Below, in pieces: positions 1 to 11,344 of a stretch of 64,000 bases of DNA. The DNA lies in the NCBI GenBank assembly GCA_001244265.2, contig CDLV01000015.1, forward strand, positions 496,001 through 560,000. Reading direction: 5' to 3'. Made by a program: the position numbers and the translations under genes. Each line of letters begins with the position of its first letter. Within the stretch, counting starts at the first letter, position 1. This DNA comes from Microbotryum violaceum (lineage: Eukaryota). The notes beneath the pieces are model-generated. The model saw only the letters and a list, made by a program, of their open reading frames with translations. It did not search any database and was not told where the DNA came from.

Positions 1-246
1 TCGTCGTCCGAGAACGCAGCTTACTACATCAAGATCATGACCAAGTACTTGTCGTCCTCGGTCGAGGAGATGGAGGCCTGGATCAAGAAAGAGTCCGAGA
101 GGTTGAGCAAGATGCTCAGTCGCAAGGGCGCGATCGCCGGAAAGAAGCTCGATGAGCTACGTGCCAAGCAGAACATCTTGGCGGCGTTCAAGTACGTCGA
201 GGCCCAGGTCGAGAACGTCGTTGACCATATCAAGGGCGAGTTGTAA
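1..246 (+). CDS. 3' end of a protein disulfide-isomerase (ERp38/TigA type, ERp29-like C-terminal helical domain); 5' truncated
   Basis: Frame reads AYYIKIMTKYL..WIKKESERLSKML..KLDELRAKQNILAAF, typical of the ERp29 C-domain, and ends HIKGEL* (KDEL/HDEL-like ER retention variant). Confidence 0.8.
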   Translation, partial: SSSENAAYYIKIMTKYLSSSVEEMEAWIKKESERLSKMLSRKGAIAGKKLDELRAKQNILAAFKYVEAQVENVVDHIKGEL

Positions 247-418
247 AAGATGGAAGTTCTAGGATGATGGAACAGCTGGAGCTTGCCGATTTCAGTCGTT
301 GTAGCTGCTCTCTCTTTCTGCCCATCGAAATGCATCCTCTGAAATGCCAACACTATGTTCATCTTTCTCCTCGAATGTACCACTCAAGAATCATTTGCAC
401 AGAGAACACTTTCATCCA

Positions 419-2269
419 TCATTCCTTCACCAAGTCAACCCCTTCCTCCTTCGCTACTTCTTCAGGATCCTTCTCCTCCCAATCACCTTTATTGACGCGC
501 TCGCATAAGCCCTTGAGCAGAGGGACGATCGCTTCGAATTCGGACAGTCCGTTATAGACTTGAGCCGAGAGGCGGATCCACGGTTTCTTGTCGTGGCTGT
601 TGGGGTGCTGATGAGAGGGGTCAGCTCGTGACAAGACACCACTACGTTGCTCTTTGAGCAAGCGCGAGCGCGAGACTGACATGAATGCAGGGACGTAAGT
701 CAACCCATCGGCGAATTGTTGTTGATGAATCCACGTCAGCTTCTTGATCAACAAAGCGTGATGCTCCGAGTCGGTGAGACTGGAATCGGTCGAATCGTTG
801 AGAGGGAGGCGGACGTTGACCTGTAGAGACAAGTTGTCGGGATCGTGCTTGCTTAATGTCGGAAACCGACGCGAGTTCCAAAGCAGAACTCACCATGTTC
901 GCAATCAAATCTCCGTCCTTCTCCAGATCCTGGTTCTGCATCGCCTCCGTACCCAAACCCTTTGCGACAACCTCACCCCCCTCCACCGCTAGCTGATGAC
1001 AATACTTGGTAATACGTTCCTCGCCTCCACAAATATTGCGTCGGAAATCCAAGGCGGCGTGTACGGATAAGAAAGCGGAGCAGTCTATGGTTCCGTTCCA
1101 ATCAAATTCATTTTGGAAATCTTGTGGGGTCATGGGAGAGGTGCGGTAGTAGTGCCCTGTTGGGATCGAGTGAATCAGAGGTTGGTGTCTGCATCATCCA
1201 ATGCATTCAAGAGTCAGTCCTTCAATTTCACCAGGGACAACAACGATATGAGCAGGGTAACCTTACTTCTTATCGACGTAGAGTACCGCTGCGCCGCGAT
1301 GGCACATCAACCATTTGTGACAATTCGAGACCCAGAAGTCCGGTTTCGAGGTCCTCAAAACAACGGGCATTTGCCCGATCTCATGAGCCGCATCGACCAA
1401 ACTGAGGATACCTTCCTTTTGGCAGACGGAGACGATTTCTCGCCAGGGCACGACGACACCAGGGTTGGAAGAGATGGCGTCGAAGAGCGCGAGACGGATC
1501 TTGCCTCCACCTTCTTTGTTGGCGGCGGAGATGGTCGATTTGAGGATCGAGATGAGGGAGGCGTGGAAGAGGGGATACGTCACGGGGACGGGGAGGAGGG
1601 AGAGGGACAAGTGAGGGTGAGAATCGACGATCCATTGGAGGGAAGCCGAGCAAGCGTTGTAGCTTGAAACGGGAACCGAGCGACCGCGAGGATCAGCACA
1701 GGGAGCAGACTATGGGTTTCGCATACGGTAGTGTGTACGTACATGGTCGTGCTAAAGTAAAGTAGTTTGTCACCCTTTTGCCATTGCGTCGTCAAGCTAC
1801 GCAGGACGGTGTTGACGCCGGACGTTACATTCGCGACCCTGAGCATCTCGGCGAAAACCTGATCAGATCTCGGCAACCTTGGACATCGGGAACAGGGGAC
1901 CAGCAAGCTCACATGACGATGTCCGAGGTATCGCAGTTGACGAGCTCGCTCAATCGTCCGCGCAATCGGAAGAGTTCTGGCGTATAAGTCATCCTCATGA
2001 AGCGGTCCGGGTTCGAGTTGGATTCGTCCTGGTACGCTCGAAATGAGTCAATGACGGGCCGAGGAGCCACACCGTAGGAGCCTGTCAGGGACAGAAATTC
2101 AGCGCGCGAGGGGTGAGAGAAAGTGAACGGACATTTTCACGGACATTCACGCACCGTGGTTGAGGTTCAGATATCCCTCCTGGAAGTTCCACCATTTCTT
2201 CCCAAACGCTGTCCCAAACTGCTCATACTCATGGCCTTCCGTCTCTTTAGGCGTAATATGACCGCCCAT
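419..2269 (-). CDS. EGT2: PLP-dependent class V aminotransferase-fold C-S lyase, Egt2-like (hercynylcysteine sulfoxide lyase); multi-exon
   Basis: Spliced motifs YLNLNHG|SYG, LFDAISSNPG, LVDAAHEIG, PDFWVSNCHKW (PLP lysine), FDWNGTID and WIRLSAQVYN. An alternative upstream in-frame start at 2401 is possible. Confidence 0.8.
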
Positions 2270-3204
2270 GGCTCTTCTCCTGCCGACTTCGCCGTAGTAC
2301 TCGTTGCTCTTTCCAGTTTCACCGACCCAGCGATGCGCTGATTGTTGCAAAAAGTCCTGGAAGTTCCACAGGGATGGGGTGAGGCGCGAGGCGGGGGCCA
2401 TCCAGATGTAGGTTTCGGCGTGGACGGGGGTGACGGAAGGATCGAGAGAAGGTACAACCTGGACCTGGGTTCGAACGTATTCCTAGTCAAAGTGGGCAAG
2501 AGCGATGAGCCAAGGAGAAGAGAGCAAATGGCAAGAGAGGAGGAGACAGCGGGGAGCGATGAGTCAAGCCGATGCCCGCGGATTGGACCCCAGGTATGTG
2601 GGGGGCGTGGGGGGCCTCGTCCGGCGCACACGATGAAGGAGCTTGAGCTAAGGATCGAGAACAGCACTCACGTCGCCTTCAAACTCGTCGAGGTAGGCAA
2701 TGTCTTGGTCCGTCAATCCTCTGACAAGACTGCCTTGTACGCGGCTGTCTTCGGCTGTCAGTTCACGACCGATGATAGCGCGGCCTAACGATAGCGAGAC
2801 AACAGCGGGATAGTCTGTGAAGGCATGATCTGGCGTGGCTGAGCTTGAACACTATAGACTAATCAGTGGCTGGTAGCATACCTTCTCCGATAACGTGATG
2901 TCGCGTATGGTTGGGCAGAAGGGCTTCGCAGGTGGTCAAATTGGCCCCTGAATGACCCGTCACCCGTGCCAGGATCTTGGGGTGTACCTGCGACAATGCA
3001 GCACATGTGGGTTCAGTCGGTTCATTCCACAGTTAAACAAGCCTTGGAGCCTACCAAGGTGCCATAAAAGAACAGGTCGTGCGTCGCCATGGGCTGCCGT
3101 ATCGTGCGCCGGACGACCAAGAGTCACGGCGCTCAGGCCCGGCTTCGCCGCCCACATCGAGGAAACCGGCCGCCGGCACCGATCACAAATGCTTAGACAA
3201 AGTG

Positions 3205-3219
3205 CGCGTCGCGTCGCGT
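3205..3219. promoter_or_regulatory. Three tandem CGCGT (MCB-core-like) motifs upstream of ORC1
   Basis: cgcgtcgcgtcgcgt about 95 nt before the ORC1 ATG. MCB boxes are the known fungal G1/S elements. Confidence 0.4.
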
Positions 3220-3311
3220 CGGGTCTATCGCGCGCCCTCGTTGGCTTCCGGTCCACCATCCGTCACCGTCGCTGTGGTCACCACCACCAGCACCGCCGTA
3301 ATCCTACCAAT

Positions 3312-6300
3312 ATGACTGACACTTGGCCCGAACGTTCAGCTTCCCAATCGGTTGCTGGACCGTCGACCCCGTCGCGTGCGTCTCGCAATAATGGCCTGTC
3401 GAACCTGGCGCGCTACAGCCACTTCATCCGCACCTCGTCCTCGGGCCAGCCCAACCGCTTCTGCGTTGGCGAGACCGTCGTCATCGGTCAAGGGGCAGTG
3501 ATGAAGCAGAAATGGTTGCAAGTCCCTGAGCATCAAATCGAGCGGTCCCGTGCGATAGTCAAGGCGATGGCCAAGGGGAAAGGCAGAGCCCAGATGACCG
3601 CCAGTTCACGCAAGCAGCAGCCACGAGCCGAAGCGAGTTGGTTCAGCGAGGACGGGCTCGGACCCCATGACAAGGTTGGTACCATTGTCGATCTCTACTC
3701 GGATGAACGCGAGAGGATGATGGCCAAAGTGCGCTGGTTCGCCCGCCCGAGCGCCGTCTGGGGGGGCGATGGACCCCCCGAGGATGAGATTGTCGACGAT
3801 GTGAGTTCATCACCGCCCCAATTACGGACGATCTTGACGCGAATTGCGGAATGTTGATTTAATCAGTATATTCCTTCCCAACTCAGTACGAGTTGTACTA
3901 CACCTCGGACTCGGCCCATCTACACGAGACCCGAGCACACCAAAGCTGGGATCCCCATCGATCACCTGGCATGCCACTCGCGTCGTCCAAACTAGTCGAA
4001 AAGACGCCGCTCTGCCTCGACCAGATCCCCATCGCTGCCATCTCACGCCACGTACAGATCCTGACCCCTCAAGATCCTTCACCATCGAGACCGCTCCCTC
4101 CTTCAGCTACGCCTTGCTTCGTCGTCAAGAAAGTCTTTGATGCCAAACCGATTCAAGGCGCCGAGTTTTTGGGTGGTATTGACTGGGCCGAGGTGCACAA
4201 GCAAGGTGTTCGGGACGGTAATTGGGACGTCGAAGCCACGATGGCGGAGATCGAGTCCGATGAAGAGCAAGAGAGGCCCAAGAAGAGGGGTAGGAACGGC
4301 GATGAAGCGGGGTGGAAGGGCAAACGAGCTCGTGTCGAACAGGTGAGTTATGATTCGTCAATGTGCATTGGGTATGATGTAGACTCAAGTCTCTTCGGCT
4401 ACTCAGGAAGACGCCAGTGAAGAAGAAGCCTCATCGGATGATGATAGCGATGAAGTCGACGAATACGATGGCGCGTCGGGCGAGGAGCATGGGAGCGACG
4501 ATGCCGACGATTCTGACAAGGAGAACGTCGACGAGGAGGAAGACGACTCGGACGAGGGCGAAACCCTGAGAGTCGCTCCCAGCAATCGAAAGAAGAAGCA
4601 TACGAAGGCTGTCAACAAGCCCAAGCAGGCGAAACGGATCATACCGAAACTTAGTCAACGCGCCAGGGATCGAGCCAACAAGGTCGCGAACAGAAAGAAG
4701 AAGTTCTCGGGCAAACAAAGGGCCAAGCAGATGATCAAGTGAGTCTTGCATCTTTATGTGGTAGTGGGCTAGTTTTTACTGACCCTGGGCGGCGACTTTG
4801 CCCTCAGCCTTGTGCCCCCTGCTTTCACGCTCTCGCCGGAATTCGCCAAGCTGCCTCCGTTCGAGCGGGCCAAGGCGATGCTGCACGTTAGCGCGACTCC
4901 TGATCTGTTACCATGTCGGGAGCATCAAAGAAACCTTATCTCGTCTTTGCTCGGTGACGCCGTTTTGGGTCAAACTGGGACCTGCCTCTGTAGGTCTGAA
5001 CTCATTCGATTTCGGCGTTTGTCCGAGCTGACAACTCCTGGGTCTCTCAGACGTCCATGGCGTGCCGGGCACGGGAAAAACAGCCACGGTCCACAGTATT
5101 GTCCGAGAGCTGCAAGAAGACGAGGTGAGCATGCTGTTCAGGTCGCCTCTATCTCGCCGATACTGACCCACTCGAGCGCTATGGGCAGGACATGGACGCG
5201 TTCCAATTCGTCGAGATCAACGGAATGAAGATCGCCGAACCCACAACGGCGTTCTCCTTGCTCTGGGAAGCGATCTCGGGTCAAAAGAGCTCCTCAAAGC
5301 AGGCCTTGGTGTCTCTTGAGAACCATTTCCAGACGCCTGATCCCGCCCGCAAGACAACGTGAGTCGACGATCGAATGTTAGACAACCACACAGAGCCTCA
5401 TCTGACGGACATGACACATCTTCAGAGTCGCGCTCGTCGACGAGCTGGATCAAATGATCACAAAAAAGCAAGACGTGATTTATAACTTCTTCAACTGGCC
5501 CCATGTGCCTCATTCTCGACTAATCGTCATCGCCGTAGCCAACGCTATGGATCTGCCCGAACGAGAAATGTCGGGCAAGATTCGATCTCGGCTCGGTGAG
5601 TTCTTCATTTAGACGCATGGGTCGAAGACAGCCTTGACTGACGATCGTGACCGTCTAGGCTCCAACCGAATCGTGTTCACGCCTTACAAGTGGGAAGAGC
5701 TGCAAACGATCCTGCTTGCCCGTCTTGAAGGGCTCGACGAGGTTTTCGCTCCTCGTGCCATAGAGATCATTGCCAGGCGTGTAGCTGCTGGCCCAGGAGA
5801 CGCTCGTCGAGCACTCGACATTGCTAGGTACGTGCCTGGTGTACTCCACGGACCAATTCCCTTTTCTCTGACTCCCGCCCTGACGTCGCAGACGAACGGT
5901 CGAAAAAGTGGATCAAAGAAATCGGGATCAAGGCGATGGGAGGGAAGATCGTTGCGAGGTTGCTGATGCGACAGCGACGTACACTGAGATGACGAACCAC
6001 GGCTCGAGCGTCTTTATCAAGCGCGCGAGCTTGCATCAGAAGATCTTGCTGCTCGCGCTTGCCCAATGCATCAAGAGAGCTGGTGTGCCGGAGGTGGAGC
6101 TCGAAGTGGTCAGTTGAATCAAAGCTGCATTTTGGCACGTGAGGAGGGGCTAACGGGAGGCGCATTTGCCGGTCTATTACAGGTGATCAAATGGCACCTT
6201 GACTTCCTTCGCCAAACCGCCATCACCCCTGTGCCTTCTCAGTCCGAGCTGTTCACTATCGTCGCCGAGCTGCATGCGCTGCGCTTGCTCGTAACCGATT

Positions 6301-6413
6301 CGCAAAGAGGCGACTACTTCCAACGCGTGAGGACGCTCGTCTCCAACAATGACTTGTTCGAGGTGCTCAAGGAGGATGATAGGCTCAAGAACCATGTACC
6401 TAGATTTGCTTAG
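3312..6413 (+). CDS. ORC1: Origin recognition complex subunit 1 (BAH-like N-terminus, acidic linker, AAA+ ATPase, winged helix); multi-exon
   Basis: AKVRWFARP (BAH-like), LHVSATPDLLPCRE, Walker A GVPGTGKTATV, VEINGMK, Walker B VDELD, VIYNFFNWP, GDARRALDI. Start codon is approximate. Confidence 0.92.
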
Positions 6414-6531
6414 CCATGTGATGCAGCAAGTGCAATCTGACCGAGGTCGTGAACTGAAAGGGTTTTCCCGCGACAGAGTCGTCGCTGAGCCAAGGTCGTT
6501 GCAATTAGTCATGACGTTCACCGATCCTCGC

Positions 6532-6546
6532 ACGCGTCGCGACGCG
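6532..6546. promoter_or_regulatory. MCB box (ACGCGT) plus adjacent CGCG cores upstream of UNG1
   Basis: acgcgtcgcgacgcg about 80 nt before the UNG1 ATG, in the ~200 nt ORC1-UNG1 gap. Confidence 0.45.
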
Positions 6547-6615
6547 CCCGGCCTCTCGCTGCTTTTGACATGCTGTTTCCAACCTCGTCCCATCGCTCTC
6601 ACCACCTCAAGCGTC

Positions 6616-8335
6616 ATGACGGGAGCAGAGGTACCCACCGGAAAGCGTGCAAGTGCTTCTTCGAAGGCTCAGCCCGCGACCAAGAAGGCTCGCACGTCTG
6701 GTCAGGAACGCAAGATCACCGACTTCGTCACCGTGCTCACTGGAGGCGCCGCCGTATCGACCTCAGCAAGTTCGAGCACTAACGCTAACGCCCCCGAAGC
6801 AGAAATCAACAATGCCAGTAGCAGCAAGTCCATCGAGCCAAACAAGGGCAAGGCCGTCGCGACCAAGGGCGAGCCCGAGCTCGAGCCGGGCACCTTCTCT
6901 CCGACGACCTTCCTCGCTTCTCTGCCCAGCATCGGCCCATCGCCAACCATTCACGATCTGCTCTCGCTCGAATGCGCGACCCTCGATCCATCTTGGTTGA
7001 CATTGCTCAAGGCTGAGATCACCAAGGACTACTTTCTCGACCTAAAAAGGTTCCTTTGGAAGGAGGGTGTTCAAGGACCCGAGTCGACTACGGCCAAGGT
7101 CTTCCCCCGTGGTCGGTCCCTCTCTTTTTTCACAATCTTTTCCAAGGAAATCCGAGCTGAATTGATCTCGTAACATTCCCCAAAGCACGCGATATCTACT
7201 CGTGGAGTCGACATTGCCCACTGGACAAGGTCAAGATCGTAGTCATTGGCCAGGATCCCTACCACAATGAGGGTGAGCAGAATTTGTTTGTATCATTTGC
7301 TCGGCGCTGATTTTGACCCGTTGTTGCTTCCTACGCATCTTCCTCATCGTGAAGGTCAAGCTCACGGTAAGCTCAATAATAGGAAAGGGATCTATGCAAA
7401 TTTCCCTTCGGAAGGTGCTGACCGGCCCTGCCCGCCGTTGCGATCTTGCAGGCTTGGCTTTCTCCGTTCGACCTGGCGTGGCCGTGCCTCCCTCCCTCCG
7501 CAACATGTACAAAGAGCTGTCCAACGAATATCCCGACTTCGTTCCTCCCAAGACGGGGTACGTGATACCTGTCACGAACCAGATAACCTGTTTGCCTTTA
7601 GAGCTGGCCTCCTCGTCTGATTATTTTTATCGCTTCCATCCAGCGACCTGACTCCTTGGGCTCGCTCGGGGGTCCTGCTGCTTAATACGTCACTGACCGT
7701 CCAAGCGCATAAGGCGAACTCGCACGCGGGAAAAGGTTGGGAGTCGTTCACCGACAAGGTGGTTCACCTTGTCGACAAGTTTGGGGGCAGTGATGGCGCG
7801 GGCAAGCTTGGCAAAGGGTGAGCTTAACCTGGCAGAAGCCGGGAGCCCTGAGATTGTATGGCTGACGAGCACGAGTTTTTCCTTCCTCCATAGAGTTGTA
7901 TTTTTTGCGTGGGGTGCTTGGGCTGCAAAGAGGGTCGCCAAGCTCGACACTGTAAGTCAACCTCACTGGACGCTTGCATTTGCCAAAATCTCATTTCGAT
8001 GCTGACGCTCGAATTTGCACGTTTGCACTCATTAGACCAAGCACCTCGTACTCAGATCAGCAGTTAGTCTCTTCCGTTGTATCCCAAGAGGCGTGATGTA
8101 TCGATACTTATTCCCATACCCGTCTCGTCCGTCCGCAGCATCCTTCTCCACTCTCGGTGCACCGCGGCTTCCTGAACAACGGTCACTTCAAACAAGCCAA
8201 CGAATGGCTCGAGAAGAAATACGGTCGTACGTATCCTGCAACTACGCACGCAGGCAGACTCGCATCTGACGAAGGGCTGGTTACTAATCCGCAGCCGATG
8301 GCATCATCGACTGGTCCAGTGTTTGTCCCAAGTAG
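6616..8335 (+). CDS. UNG1: Uracil-DNA glycosylase (family 1); multi-exon
   Basis: [65 protein letters not shown]; ends [10 protein letters not shown]. Confidence 0.95.
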
Positions 8336-8649
8336 GACATGGGGCGGCTTGGGCCGCTGCAAATAGGCTTCCGGCTTGCAGAATTTGGAGTAGTGATAAC
8401 GCAGCACGCTTGAATATGTTGTAGTAGAAAAGACCAAATCAAGAAGTCGATAGCATTGGTAGATTGCTCTTATATTGGGCCAGTCTTTGAAGGATGCTCT
8501 CGGTTTCAAGTCAAAGAAGGATAGACTGTTCGAATACGTAGAAATTACAGCTACAAGCACGCACACAAGCAGGAGACCCTGCGTTCGAGACAAAACTCAA
8601 TCCGAGACAGCCAACCTCAACTACCGTGACGACCCAACCGATTTCCCAT

Positions 8650-10701
8650 CTACTTCTTCTTGGCCGCCGGTTTAGCTTTCTTGTTCTTGGCGTCGTTTTT
8701 GTCATCAACCTTCATGTCGCGTCGCACGGATTGAAGTCAACATCCGAGAACTCGGCGCGCTGAAGCCCAATCTCGGGGACTCACCTTGCGCTTGGCCGGG
8801 TTCAAGGAAGAAGGGTCCTTTGGCTTGACGGTGAAGAAGCCATCGAGTCGGCCCTGCTGCTTCGCCTGGAGGTGCATCTTGAGACGATCGCACCCTTTTC
8901 GTACTCGGTCCTCACTGAAGGATTGCGGCGAACGTTCAGTGTCAGTGATTCGTTCAGTTCGAGCTTGCCCGAAAGCGAATCTCGCTTCTGACTCACTTAA
9001 AACCACTGTCTTTGACCAAGAACTCGACCAAACCTTCGACGTCAGGGGCCTTCCATTGAAGCTGCAATCGAGCAAGCCGTCAAGAGTGTGAGCTCGCCAC
9101 TGCCAGAGCGCTGTTCCAGAGCCGACTGACCTCGACGTCTTTGGCAGGGGTGACATTGGGGTGAATGAACAACTTCTTGGCTTCTTTCCACGGCCAATCT
9201 TCAGGCGGCGGGTTCTTGCCCTTGGACAGGTGCTCGAGAATCTCTTCGAACGTATCGTAGTCTCGGACGAGCTTGAGTGCTGTCTTGGCTCCGATACCTT
9301 TAAGCGGTTCGAGGTAGTCGCATCCGCACAACATGCACATCTCGATGAACTGGGAAGTACCGGTGTCCGAATGAATAAGTGTCATTCATTACTAGCGCAG
9401 GAGAGCTTCGAGATGACCACTCACCTTGTCCATGGTCAGGTTCAAGCCCTCGAGCACGGCCGACAAATTGATGACGTCGATCGGCAACTTGCGAGCTTCC
9501 GAGAAGGTGAGGTGACGCAAAACCACCGGCGAGTTGAACGTGAGCGTGTCCATGTCTTCCGAACCGGCAGCGTAGACCTGTATCGCATCCCAAACGAAGC
9601 TGTTAGTGGCGGTCATGGCGGCCCTGTTGAGCACTCGTCGAGGTGAAAACTCACCAGGCCGCCACGGCACAGCTCGGCACATTGGGCTTCGGCTTCTGAC
9701 GGCGCCTATGGTATCAATGTACAGGGATGTAAGGTGGTCAGCAACCACATACTTGCAACATCAGTTCTTACCCGCCTTATACCAGCACTCACCACGAGCC
9801 AGGGGATACCCATCAATGTCAAGAGTTTACGGCACTCTTCATTGTGCTGGGGCGTGACCTTGACCTGTCGACGACTCATCTTGTCCACATCCTCGACAGT
9901 ACCTGTGATGGCTGGTTGTTCAGTCTACAGATCGATTAAGGCTCGAAAGACCCGCCAGCTCGACTTGCCAACTTCCTTGGCCTCCTCTTCGGCGGTCTTG
10001 GCTTCCTCTCGACCGGCGAAACGTTTTTTGAGGACGTTGGATTTGAGCTGTGGCGGCTTTCCGTCGAAGACATAGCAAGGCTTGAGGTCGTTGTCGACCA
10101 TGCGGAGCTGGGACCAGACGTGGCACACGCGATATTTCAGGTCAGTCCAGTGTTGCCAACTTTGCTCGACGGCCGCCGTCAACTTAACTCACCGTTCGGT
10201 AGAAGAGTCCCATCAAGTGACTATTGGAATCAGTTACTCCGAGTGAATTCAGACCATCTCAACACTAATCCACGTACTGGAGGAACAGCTTACGAGGTGG
10301 TCTCTCCCGCATCGTTCATCAACTGCTGGCCATCCTGCTGGCGCACGGCGATCAAGAACTGGTAGATGGACCTGCGGGGGAGAAAAGCCCGAGTCGGCGT
10401 TGAAGTTCTCATTTATATTACCAAGACCAAGAAGGAAGACTGACATGGATCTGCGTCGATCATCGCAGCCAATGGACATTCAGGGGTTGAACGCGTCGCG
10501 GCGCGTCAAGACGATCCGAGATTTCTTGAGTCAGCACATCGATACATCATCAGATCATCGCAGCCAGCACCCGAAAACTTTTGGTTTTGTTACTGACGCA
10601 TCAATTGCCACCTTGCGACCGAACAAGGTCTTGATCTCTTCATGCTTGATCGCGTTGGGCGCCTCCTCGTTGATGAGCGCCGTCAAGCCTTTGATTCCCA
10701 T
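8650..10701 (-). CDS. FEN1: Flap endonuclease 1 (Rad27/FEN1); multi-exon
   Basis: [57 protein letters not shown] box QGRLDGFF, basic tail ending AAKKK*. Confidence 0.96.
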
Positions 10702-11344
10702 GTCGTATGTACGAGGTCAGAGTTCCGGACGATGAGGAGGAGGAGGAGGCAGCTGAGAAGGGGTCAAAGTTGGGTGTGGGAGCTCTGTGGAACGAAAGGG
10801 GTTGTGGGAGGGGGTGAGAAAGCGAAGATCGAGCACAACTCGGTGCCTCGTCAAATCCTCGCACCGATGCGCCCCGCCCCGCTCGGGCCTCTCCAGACTT
10901 GTAGACTCTCTGAAGCGACGGGCCCCATTGGACATACTAAGAGCATCGTTGCAGAATCCGTCATGATACAGTGCGATAGGAAGCAATAGAATTCGAGATC
11001 GTCCGGCATGAGGGAAATAGAAGCAGGAGAGAGAGAGAGACAGAGAGAGAAATAGAATGATGGCCGGGCGCGCAAGAAATGAGGCTGCTAATGAAGTCGA
11101 GCCAATGAACACGGGCGTTCTACAGTAGACGGGAGAGCATGGACGGGCGGCAGCGGTGATGGTGCCGGGGATGCGACGAGAAAAGAAAATGCGAGCCAAC
11201 AAGAACAAAGACGAGCTCGCAATGAGTGGGCAAGCGTCTGTTCGATAGACTCAAGTCAGCTTTTGCACGACGTCGAAACAATGCCAACAGATCCAGAACG
11301 TACAAGGACTCGATGAGAACCTGAAAGAGAAGAATCAGATGCAT

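Noticed and set aside
10478..10552. Possible C/D box snoRNA in FEN1 intron 1 (TGATGA...CTGA on the minus strand)
   Set aside because: No terminal stem, no recognisable rRNA guide, and the motifs overlap the splice signals.
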